Assembly (NCBI GenBank): GCA_000934665.2 | Contig: KZ537978.1 | Span: 124,001 to 185,481, forward strand | From: Catajapyx aquilonaris | Taxonomy: Eukaryota | Length of the DNA: 61,481 bases | Direction: 5' to 3' | In this document: one piece after another, positions 40,489 through 52,200 of the stretch | Position numbering within the stretch: position 1 is the stretch's first letter | Layout of the letters: every line of letters starts with the position of its first letter | Program-made: the position numbers and the translations under genes | The notes under the pieces: generated by a model | What the model saw: the letters and a program-made list of their open reading frames with translations, nothing else | The model's database searches: none | Told to the model about the DNA's origin: nothing

Positions 40489-40600
40489 ACAGTATATTTC
40501 CATTAACGATTATAATATATATATTATAATCGTTAATGGAAATATACTGTTGAACCAATACAATACGAGCGTATACGCTCGTATTGTATTGGTTCAACAG
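40489..40600. repeat. Two abutting perfect loop-less palindromes (62 bp at 40489-40550; 54 bp at 40547-40600)
   Basis: ACAGTATATTTCCATTAACGATTATAATATA|TATATTATAATCGTTAATGGAAATATACTGT and CTGTTGAACCAATACAATACGAGCGTA|TACGCTCGTATTGTATTGGTTCAACAG, sharing CTGT. Confidence 0.97.
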
Positions 40601-43600
40601 AGAGATTAGCCACTCGCGTAACGGGGTGTACAGTTTGTTGCATAATCATACAACCACGAGCAGGTTCCAAAGCTTCCTTATATAACTTACAATAATTACC
40701 TGTAATAATAGCCAGTAATTATGACCAGGTGTAGCTACATTTCAGGTGCACAGAGGAGTCACAACATCTCATATTTAATCATATAGACTTTATGTAGCTG
40801 ACTATGGTTTAACTTCCTCAATTCTTAATTGCAATGCAGGGAATGAATGCCTTTACTTAACTACCTAACATTGGAAGCTAATTTTCATAGCCCGTGAATG
40901 AAGTTATTTTTAGTAATGCGCATCTTACAGGACATAAAATCAGTAACTGAAATAGACACTTCGTTTATAACTCACTGCGCTCCAATTTAAATGTCCCTTT
41001 CAATTATCAATCCATAATAATGTACTATACGTATTACCTGGAAATATTAGATTGAAAGACTCGTCCACCAATGGGAAAGGAGGACCCGCAGACCCATGTT
41101 TGGTACGTATAAGGTTCGGTTCTGGTAGGGAATCTAGGAGAGTGAGCACAGCTGTCTTTAATGGAGATTCACAAATTACAGATCATGTTAGTGGAAGGTG
41201 GAGTCCAATAGGCGTGGCACTGTGGCTAATTAGGACCAGAGGTAAGCAAAAACCACTGCTGATGCGAAACTACGAACTTCAATCATGCGTTTGCTTGGAT
41301 GCTATTACGGCAGGGTCTGTAAGGGAAAAGTTCATGTAATAAGCGCAGGGAGCGTCCAAATCTCCAATACATTCATGCCACCATATGTATACGTGACACC
41401 CCCCTTGTTCGCGATATGAACCACAGATCTTTCGATAACATATTGCGAACAAATCCCTATAGCAGCCTTGGTCAGCAGATACTGGTGAAAATGCACTGAT
41501 ATGTCACTCACGTGTGCTTTTTTATTCAACCTAATATTAGCGGTTAATATCGCCCATTATTTACTGCCAAAAATCGCTCAAAGCTACGAACACTTAAATA
41601 AAAACACACTGTATTAATTTTATGAAGCCATAAAGTTGCATAATGCATGTACTAATCAAGCAACACATCGACTATATACCAAGCACTCGACAACCTTGCA
41701 GCACATTGTCCTCTATGGTGTGAGAGTACAGTATAACAAATTGGCCCCCTACTAAGCGAGTGAAATGTATATCAATAGACGGCCGTGGTAGGCCTAGAGG
41801 GCTACAGCATGTTTTGTCAGGGCATATAAATCCAGAGGGCAGGTTCCAGGTTGTAAAACGCAGCGAGTGTGAGACTAGGCCTGATACAGAATCCAAGATG
41901 GCTGCTTACTGTACCGTGGACAGGGATTTGTGCCCGGAGAATCCGTCGGTGGCTTTTGTTTGGTGTTGCAGAGATGAACTGCCCTGTTAGGTCCGCCTGG
42001 TTTCCAGAGCCCGGAAGGTCACACGAGAGGATTACAGTAAATCCCATAAAACCGCGGGGAATGGTGCGCCACGCGACTCCTAGTCGCCCTCTTGGATTAT
42101 GCTGCAGTGTATCTTGCCCGCTCAATAGGCATATCACCTCCATTCCATCTCCGGTTTCTGCTTTGTCTCCATCAGGCCCATATTTCTTATACGACGGAAT
42201 TGCTCGGATGAACCCAACTGAAGAAATGGCTTCTGTTATTGTCCGTTCGTTTGTTATTGCACGTTTGTAATTGAAAGGAATGGTATTAAAATATGGCTTT
42301 GGTCCTATCCTGTATTGTACAAACTCCCAGGGTATACACAATGGAGTCACATCAGTGTGCACAGGCTATTTTAGATAATGAGATGATAGTCATTATTTTT
42401 TATACAAGTAGTAGACGTAACATAGATAGTAGGATCTATTGCTGATACTGTATAACCTATACTCGGCTCTGTTGGCCGGGTTTATGTAAACGAGCCTAGT
42501 GCTCGATTAATTATTTTGATCCCTTGTGGTTTTAATAAGTCACGGTGCTCAGTTCGAAGTGCATGATCTACGTACGTACAGTATGACGCCTATAGAAGAG
42601 CCGGTGTAAAAGAAAATAACTGAGCAGATTAATATTATTGAAACACGATCGCATAAATTTAACATTATGTTGCCTCCTACATATCAAATTAGGGAACTTA
42701 AGAGAGCATTAAGCATCTTCGCCAGCCTTTGCCTTAAAAATGCACGTCAAAGTTAGTTCCTTGATTTAAATAACCTCTCAAAGTTATCTCGGAGTAGCAA
42801 GTGGCTCTCAGGTTTCCTTTTATGTTTATTCCCTATAAAACGTTACATTAGAGAGACCCCCAAGAGGCTATTAGTTAATTATGCAGTGCAAGAAGGGGGG
42901 AAGTAGAACTCCCACGCACAAAATTGCATGCCAAAATTAATTTGCAAAGATAGAACCATGTTCTTACCGGGATAGTAAAGGATGTGGGCCTAATTTAGGT
43001 ATTCTAACCCTCAGGTGATGGTAACTAATGTGCCGTCAAAATTTATGAAGAATGTCTGGGGGATATATCCATTATATGCCTATACTGCTCAAATAATATT
43101 GCTATAGAGAGTGAACAGCGGAAATTCGGCCAAGGCCATATCCGTGGTAGTGTTGCTGCTTTCGTATAAGTTAATAATAATGTTTGGAGTGTGGGGGATT
43201 GTTGGATTATGATAATGCTCTGCTGTAGGCTGTATTATTGGATCAGTCTCATTTACTGAAGGTACTTCATATCAGCTCTAGCCCACATACTGTATGCACA
43301 ATACTGTACCTCACGCTGAGTTGATAGAAGTGACTTAGTATGTCCAGTATGTTCATTCCCTTGTTATACAACATAATAACTAACATTTTCACAGATCAAA
43401 AAGGAAAATTATGATCATGTAATACACGTATGTTTTACATGCTGATGTAAAAATTTCATACTCTTGTCACTCGTCTGGAATGAGACTATAATCGGACGCG
43501 ATTAAATTACTGTCTCGCAGTCTTAAATGATCTAGAAATCTGGATCATTTTGGGAATTAATAAAATAATCGCCATACGGGGAGCAAATGGGGAGTTACTG

Positions 43601-43951
43601 ACCACCCTGTGCTATTGCGGACATTGTGAGCGATATACTATACCTGCAGGACATTTCCTTCCGTGTGGCAAGTGAAGAATGCTCCGTAAGTAATGGCACC
43701 CACAGGGTATGCACAAAAGAACGAGTGTCCAAAATCAAATTTGGCCGATATCACCGTGTACCTTTATTTTAGGGGTGAAAAGTGAACATTGAATGAAGAC
43801 ATTATATTATGTATGCCTAACGACTTTTAGAGGTGTCGGTACTGTAATGGAAGTCGGCTGCAACACATGCTTGATGAGAATGTGTGGGTAAATGCCTTGC
43901 TGGCATGTGGTTGTAACTAGGGAGGCCCTTTCCAAATCTTCAAAAAGAAGG

Positions 43952-44149
43952 GGTGGCTGAGTGGTTAGCGCCGCAGCCTGCCACCTCTAAGGTCCCCAGT
44001 TCGATCCCCGGGTCGAACGGAGGATACTTATGTGGATATAATTTCGATGGGTTCTCTCCGTGTTCGCGTGGGTTTTCTCGGGGTTCTCCCGTTTCCTCCC
44101 AGCTGTTCTAGTACAGGCCAGGAAATTTATATGATTTTTAGACTGTCCC
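43952..44149 (+). mobile_element. tRNA-derived SINE with V-SINE-like central domain
   Basis: A box TGGCTGAGTGG (43954-43964) and B box GTTCGATCC (43999-44007). 44051-44101 GTTCTCTCCGTGTTCGCGTGGGTTTTCTCGGGGTTCTCCCGTTTCCTCCCA resembles the V-domain as I recall it. Direct repeat CAAAAAGAAGG at 43941-43951 and 44150-44160. Confidence 0.8.
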
Positions 44150-46145
44150 CAAAAAGAAGGATAAATCAATGAATCATCAACGTCATCATTGAGGTAAAGA
44201 AGGACGAAGGACAGAGTGCTCAAAAGATGGCCTGTCTTTCCTAAATAATGACGTCTGGCCACCGTATATAGTTGTAACAGTTGTAACAGATGCATATAGG
44301 GAAGGTTTAAAGAACTTGATGCATTCATTCGTGGATACAGGCTTTTCGAGCCATAATAATCAATATATCTGAGAGGTCACATAATGATTTCTGCAATTAT
44401 GTCATTGGACTAATTTAATATTACATATGAAACAAGCCTTCATACACTTAATTCATGGTGTTCTCTCTCTTGAAATCATTTGCATAAATTCCTTGTGAAG
44501 ATCATAAATGCACAGTTATACGTGAAATAGTTGTCGTTGTGAACCCAACTGGAACAAACGTTAATTATACAGTATAAATCTTCCCACAAGAGCTAATATT
44601 ATAACTTATGTTATGATATTCGGTATTTACACGGTTAATAACTTACCACTGGTAGTACAACATACAGTACACAAAATTAAATTTCAGGTTACATGAATTG
44701 TTGCTCTCATGGGACTTGACTGTATATCAACCGTTATAGTGGAATCTGTCAGATCAATCAGACTGTGCAAATCACAGCGATTGATATCGGACTTCACCTG
44801 CTGTAACATGATATGCAAAAATGAATTGAACAGATTGCATATTTTGTTGCAATTTGGCAAGATTAAGGCAAATTGATATTCAAGCAGGAGGCACAATTCT
44901 GTAAATTGCGAACAATATTATTATTGAGCATGAAAAACACTTGCAGTGTCAGGATTAGGTGCTCCTATACTAATCGTGCAATAGTCATGCTATATGTTAT
45001 ACGGTGTAAATCATGTGGATCTAATAAGCCTAAAATGTAGGGTATATTTAGTCATGGTAATCTACACCTGATCAGTAGCACTAATTAATGACTAGTAATA
45101 AATAATCAAATTGGCGATATTAATCAGATATTTAAAACAGTTATGCTAAAAAAACTAAATTGCTGTTTATGACCAGCATTATATTGTAAACATGCAATCC
45201 ACTGGCAGCAGTTCATTGGTTACAAATAACGGTGACATAAAACCCTCCACGGAATATAGCTCTACGAGTCCATTCCTCTATACCCCCAACTGCATTCACA
45301 TCGTAATTCAAACTGTCCAAAAAATTCGGGACACTTTAGTATTCCAAAATGTATATGCGCAAATGTCTATTCTCCCTATATAGTACCTCATTTTAGTTTA
45401 CACTAGAACCCGCTCGTAACTATTAAACTGCGCTTACCTGGCAATCTGCGTCGGAATAAATGCGCCAAAAATTTCTGCCACCGAGACCTAAGGGTGTAAC
45501 GACACTGCGGTTTAATTTTTCATCACACAAAGAGGCGTGCAAAAAAAAGCAGTTTTCAAAGCCCCCCAAAAAGGGTGCAAATAGGGCTGGTGCAGCCAGG
45601 CGGTGAAGTTGGGAAATTATTGAAAATATTTATCTGGTGCAAAAGAGACTGCGGCGTAGTTTTGAGTGCGCGAGCCTCCCGCTTTGCCTAGTAATGAACC
45701 AGAACGAATTACACAAGCCGCCTATCCCCGAGTCAAAGTGGCCGAACATGAGGTTTAACAAGTTCGTTGTATTCATGAATCTAATCATGAAGCGGCCATT
45801 CTCACGGGATTGAAGGGAGGACGTGACACTTCGAGGCAACTCTCGACTGTTAAGTAGATGCCTAGATAGAACCAGAGGCGCCTATAGGTTTTTAGCTACG
45901 GTGTGTACCTAAAGCCCAACTCACCAAAAGAGATCCCCCATTCTTTACACCTTCTCTTTTATTCAAACCCGGACGTGATCGTAAATACTCCCGCCCAAAT
46001 TTCAAGCGCTTATTTTGTGATAATAAATTTACACTGGGAGCCACCCCCCCCCCCTCCCACCTACCTCACTCCTATTTTTTTTATACCTTTTCTCTCCTTA
46101 TAGCCTAACAATATCTCCCGCCGGGAGAGGATCCGGAGAATGTCC

Positions 46146-46923
46146 ACTTGATTTATGGCAGAATTCAACCCGGCGTAATTACCGTAAATTTGAAAATCCC
46201 CGTGTGGCTGCTTCCACCACCTCTGTGTTTCTAAGGCCTGAAATATAGGATTGTGCTAATAAAGCACAAGCACAATGTGGATTTAGGACATTGTGTACAC
46301 TCCCTTGAGGTTGGTCATTGATTTTTTTTGTGACTCGGAGCCGGAGTCGGAAGCTGTATAGGCTCTGTCCCATATGTCCCCATGCACCAGTCAAATAACG
46401 TACAGTGCGCTCTCGTTCATAACTTATTGTACCAGGATATCATGCCATAATGTGTTCCAAAGCTATGGTACTATTCAAGGCTTGATTGTTCTGAAAATTA
46501 AACTTGCAACTTAAATTTAGTTAGTATGTTTGANACTTGATTTATGGCAGAATTCAACCCGGCGTAATTACCGTAAATTTGAAAATCCCCGTGTGGCTGC
46601 TTCCACCACCTCTGTGTTTCTAAGGCCTGAAATATAGGATTGTGCTAATAAAGCACAAGCACAATGTGGATTTAGGACATTGTGTACACTCCCTTGAGGT
46701 TGGTCATTGATTTTTTTTGTGACTCGGAGCCGGAGTCGGAAGCTGTATAGGCTCTGTCCCATATGTCCCCATGCACCAGTCAAATAACGTACAGTGCGCT
46801 CTCGTTCATAACTTATTGTACGCAGGATATCATGCCATAATGTGTTCCAAAGCTATGGTACTATTCAAGGCTTGATTGTTCTGAAAATTAAACTTGCAAC
46901 TTAAATTTAGTTAGTATGTTTGA
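46146..46923. repeat. 388/389-bp tandem duplication separated by a single N (likely contig-overlap artefact)
   Basis: 46146-46533 and 46535-46923 appear identical except for a 1-bp insertion (GTACCAGG vs GTACGCAGG). The junction base 46534 is n. This produces the twin 71-aa ORFs. Confidence 0.95.
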
Positions 46924-49140
46924 AACCCCCCAGTAATATGCCAGTATAAATTATTTAGGCCAAACCTGTGCAGGAACTGGTTTTGAATCGGATTTTTTTG
47001 GGGGGTAGAAAACCTGTGACGCCACCGTTAATATTTTCATAGAGCAATGCATGAAACGAAATAATTCGAGCGAAAGGCTAGGTGAAGTAGCGTCGACTCA
47101 ACTTTGGTACAAAGGGGATGGCGAACGCGCCGTATTTTTTGTGCATCATATACTATGCTCATTTTCCTGGAGTTGAAAGCAGCTCTCAACTTTTCATTTG
47201 AGTTTGGTCGGCAGCAGCGAGCAAGCTAATATGAGAGAAGCCAAGTGTTCACTCGAGTGGCGGGAATTTCCAAATCCATTGCCGAGTTTTTTTTTGTTTT
47301 TTTTTTGCGCAAAAGTTTTGATCTAATTCTATTGCTCTGTTGTAGCTTCAATAATCGGAGGCCCCCGATTGATCGCCAAGGCGAAAAGCCTTTCAGCAGT
47401 GAGAGCGCTCGTTGATCATTGAATTCCAGGGCCTGGAAATTCATTCTGGTCCCAATGTCCTTCCGCCCCACTTGCGCACCCCTTTCTCCGCCATGACACT
47501 ATATTCTGAGTACCCTTTTGCAGCATCTCCCCTACAAAACACTGCTCAAAGCGTTTCCAGTCATGCTTCACTCTGCTCGACGAAACACTACTTTTCCAAC
47601 AGCCACGTGCCGAACGAAACAGTTTAGCGTGAGGGAGAAGGGAGGGTGACAAGTCAGAATTTCCAATTCCACACTTCACATTTACTGCTGTAAATATGAT
47701 TACTTGTAGAAGGCTGCATTGCCGATGTGTCCTCACTGAAAATAACAAGGTGCCTGAAGCCATCAGTTGATGTGAAATTGATTCCGTAATTTGGCTGGTG
47801 CCATAATATTATATTGAATTCAAGCACAAGGACCAAATATACATCACACTTTGAAAGTATGCTTTCATTTTAAACCTACTTTAAACGTACTCCGATTAAC
47901 TGGTGTGTCCAATAATTGCTAACAACTAGTTTTCGTAAGAACTTAAGTCAGTTGTGTGATAGTGCGTCCACATGATTGTGAGCACTATAAAACATGGTAA
48001 TGTAATCATTTTTCTCCGCTAGCATCAAACGACTGTGAAATTTTTTACATCCTTAGATCTATAGTTCTATACTGTACTTCGGATGCTGCCATCGTTAGCC
48101 GTTATTGGCTTTGTGTAGGGAAAGACAAGCCCAATAATTTAGGGCACCATCCGGTTGACCAAAGTTAACTAATGCAGGATTACACCCGTCTAACCCCTTT
48201 GCTCATCTTCCCTCCCATTATCCTATAGTCTTGACAGAAGATAATGATCTAACTGTAAAATTAACACCACGGCTCTTGGAGGTATTACGGTGCTAACGAC
48301 GGTATCTTCCATGCAGAAATAGATAAATAGCATATAAACAAGGTGCAATTATTATTACCAGATTACGCAGTGGAGAACTTTTCAGTCCCAATTAGCAATA
48401 GCAACTGCTCAAGTAATTAGCTAAAGTAATGCCTAGAGATGGACCATGTAGAGCGATCAATCTTAATTAATATTACGGTTTAATTTCTGCCTAAACCGCC
48501 CTTAACTTCCTAATGCAGGTACAGCAGTATGTCCTGTAACAAATTAGATGGCAGGACGCTGGTTAATTACTCATGCCATTAGAGCTCTAGATCAGAAGAC
48601 TGATTCTAATGGTACAGGTAGCCCAGGAGGTAATTTAGAGGCAGCGTTGCGTCGGACATATTACATACCGTATAATTTAATTACTCTATGTGATAAAATT
48701 ATGCCTATACGTCGTTGCACTTAGATCATTTATTATTTGGAGACTGTATTTATTAATTACTTTCATTATAACGTTTAAATTCTACAGGAAGTTACAAACG
48801 CAGCAATTGGATTTAAACAGAAGCGCTTTGGAATATTACATAAGCTGCCGCGCCTCATTTCACGGAAGCTTGCTTTTGGGCTGCACAGTTGCAATACTTT
48901 TCACCACCTTAAGGTACTTTGTAGTCATGGCAACAAATAATAAAATATCTGGAACAGAGATCGAGTTGTCTGCAATCGAGATATTGGCAATTTCCTCTCA
49001 GTTTTTGTCTGATCGCTTGCGATCGTAATGACTCAATTTCATGCCTCCTAATGTCTAGAGGGCTTTGAATGATGGCTCATCCCTTTCTTTTTCCCCAGCG
49101 GGTAAAGAGCTCGCGTGGAGGAAATCAAAGTGGAAGAGGC

Positions 49141-49215
49141 AGAGCAGAAGAAGGGAGAAAGGAAGGAAGGAAGGAAGGAAGAAGGAGGAAAAAAAGCAGG
49201 GAAGGAGGGAGGAAG
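49141..49215. repeat. (GGAA)n / purine-rich low-complexity tract
   Basis: Read directly from the sequence. Confidence 0.85.
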
Positions 49216-52200
49216 CGAAATCGATTTGCTGCAAAGTGATTCCATTTCATTATCTGGATCACAATATTATTGGAAATGTCCTGAGACAATTTATTTGCTA
49301 TTTCCAAGGCTGGAAAGTAGAGAGGATGGTCCCATTTCTTCCCAGTATGGGTTCTCTTGGGGTGGAGGGGAAGGAGAGAAAGAAGGAAGAAGGTTTTCCT
49401 TTTTAGATGGAAAGCCAGGTGGGATCGGAGTAATGGCACTCTCAGCACGCAGGCGGGCCCACCGACGAGAAAGGTGTACCTTTGATTGTGAAAGGTGGGC
49501 TGGGAACAAGCGGGGAACCAGGCCAACACCACCAACTTTGACACTATTTCTTCCCCCCAAATGAAACGTCTTACAATGGCCCTCTGGACGGACACTCGTA
49601 AATCTCAGCTTATTTACTGCCAATTAAGCTCTCTAGAAATACAACTAGCGCAATCATGTAGACACGTTTACATATTATATAGCGGGTCTATTTTTGAACA
49701 AGTGACACGAGGTCACACCTGGATAACAACAGGTTGCCCAAGGAGTGAATGGTAGCTAGGGGTGATAAGAAGGTTAGGAAAGGCCATCTCGAGACTTGGG
49801 TGCTATGAAGGTGTGCACCAGCACCTGTATTGAAACCATCATCGGCAATCACCGCTAGCAGCCAGAATAGGTTGGCTGGAGCTTCCAGGCAGCATGCATG
49901 GCAGCGTGAAGGGAGCTAATGGGAAGTCCCACGGGCGAGGTGTGTCGGATGGCAGCAGCTGAATCCCTTAGCGCAGGGACAGCCGGCGAAGCATGCGTTC
50001 CCTTTCAACTCGGACACGGGTTTCCATTTTGGGTGCTGTTTGGGGAGGTTTTGCTCGAGGTGGGGGGTGTACCAGGGGTGGGAGGAGAGGGGGAATACCC
50101 CACCCGCCGCGCCGTGTCGATTTGTTAGGCTCAGATGGCTTCCAAGCTTCGCCAAGGAATGAGACGGTGGGGACTTCTCTTCTCCTCCCCTACCCCTATC
50201 ATCATCCATTCATGTAACCTCTCCCGGTCGTGTCCTTCGTCTTCACTTCCTTCCGGCCTACCTCCTTTCTCTCCGGCCATCTTGGGAAGGAAATTAAGAC
50301 TCGGGAGCCGGAGAGGCGCTACTCAAGCTCAAGCGATTTAATCTCGGCCCGCAGGAGTGTATAGTTAACTCGGGGAAGGAATTTCCAACTCTGATTCCAT
50401 CCCAAGGCAATCTGGAATTTTTGCACCGAATTCCTCCTCTTTTGCGCTTTCTTCCACCTGCAGCGGCTCGTTTTACACGCTTTCGTCCGAAGCAATGAGC
50501 GTACAAAGGCGATAGTTGAAAGTTGCCAAATGGTTAGTGTATGCCTTGCCCCAAACCTTACCTATCCTCTGCAGGAAACTATTTGGTGCCTCAGCTTGAG
50601 CAAATTGCACTTTTTATAGGTAAGGGCAGCATAATGGAAATGCTTACTCCTTACTGCAACAATGGGCTAACCCACATTTGGTAAAAGTGGAGTAAATGAA
50701 CTCTAAAGTTAAAGAGATGAGCAGGTGCATGTATTGTACTGTATATTGCTACAAAAACTCCCTCGCATTTTGGCACATGTCCGAATAGTTTATTACGGGT
50801 TGAAGATCATGAATAATAACTAATTATTATTTATTTCCACAATTATTATGGGTTAGCCTATTGTTGCAGTAAGCCTTCAATATATTAGTTATACAGGATG
50901 TGTACAATATTGTGCAATGAGCTGGGCTAGCTGGGATTAAAAGGGCCACGTTCACGAGGACTGTTACACCACTTGCACTCGTTCGGAAAATAGTTAGAAA
51001 GGTATTCAGATCATTTGTTGCGCTTCATTTGAATAATTCCTACTAACTAATTTCAGGAAATTACAATATTGCCAATCATTTTCTCATCATTTCTACTTTA
51101 TCTCATTATATAAAATCGCATACCGGTGATGTCACTTGGCTGATTCTAACCTAATAACACAATTCCCAAGTTTCTCAACAGAGAAAAAAAATGATTGCCG
51201 CAGAAGTGATTTTTCAAGATCGAATTGTAGTAATTGGATACAAAATTACTTTCATGCTCCAAAATTGCCTTTTCATTCCAGGGGAGTTGGGCAAATCCAG
51301 TAAAAGTTATAGGCCACATTTCCTTGAGAATAATACCTGCCCCCCCCCCCCCACCCCCCCAATTCAGAAATTGCTGGGGACATGATACGGTGCTGCTAAG
51401 CAGAAGCTCCCTTCTTTTCCTTGAGGGCCAACCAAGGCGGATTCCGGCATCGAACGGCCAATTTGTAAGCCTATCAAGCATTTCAGGAGACGTCCCCCGA
51501 TGTCGGCCGCAGCTTTGATAATGGATGATAAATAACGGTGGCAGGGGAAGATGATTATTTTTTCTCCCCCGAGCAGTCGCCAAGGGATGTCGCAGATGAG
51601 ATCCTAGAGGGCTGCGAGGGATGTAATACGGCCGATCTCTTCCGGAACAAAGGATGGGGAGGAGACTCGATGGCGGCTGCTCGTGACGCCGGCCAAGCTT
51701 TTCTTGCACACTACGACCTCTTCTAACCATCCGTAACGCCAATCTTTAGAATTGCTACCCACAAATGCAGCCTTATTAATGCCGTCCCGTTCTAAGCTCT
51801 GACAATATATTAGTAACAACCGCGTGTCGAAGTGGAAGTTGTCTCGGGCTCAGAGAGGGCGGTCATAAAAGTGTCAGAGAAAGAAAACAGAAACAATTGA
51901 AGATGGCTGCCCTGAGGAAGGGAGGCTGAGCCCCTCCCAAATTGAATATTCCGAGGTCGTCGTGAGGCGCCATTTGCTCAAAGCGTTATGGCGAGTGCCT
52001 CGTGCAGGAGAGAGCAGGGAGGGAGAGAAAGAAGCATGTTTTCGCGTTTGTCTCTTGGAAATCTGATGGACACTCCCAAGTCCCCAAGTCTACTTCTCCA
52101 CCTTGTTGCAGATGGGCTCTTTATCCGTCCGAGTTATCTAGCTGAGATGGGCCCAAAGTGGCGCCCGACAAACTCTGATTCTTTTACAGCTCTTTTCCAG

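Noticed and set aside
41817..42362. 181-aa minus-strand ORF in a GC-richer block
   Set aside because: No recognisable domain, a non-ATG start, and overlapping ORFs of similar length on the opposite strand.
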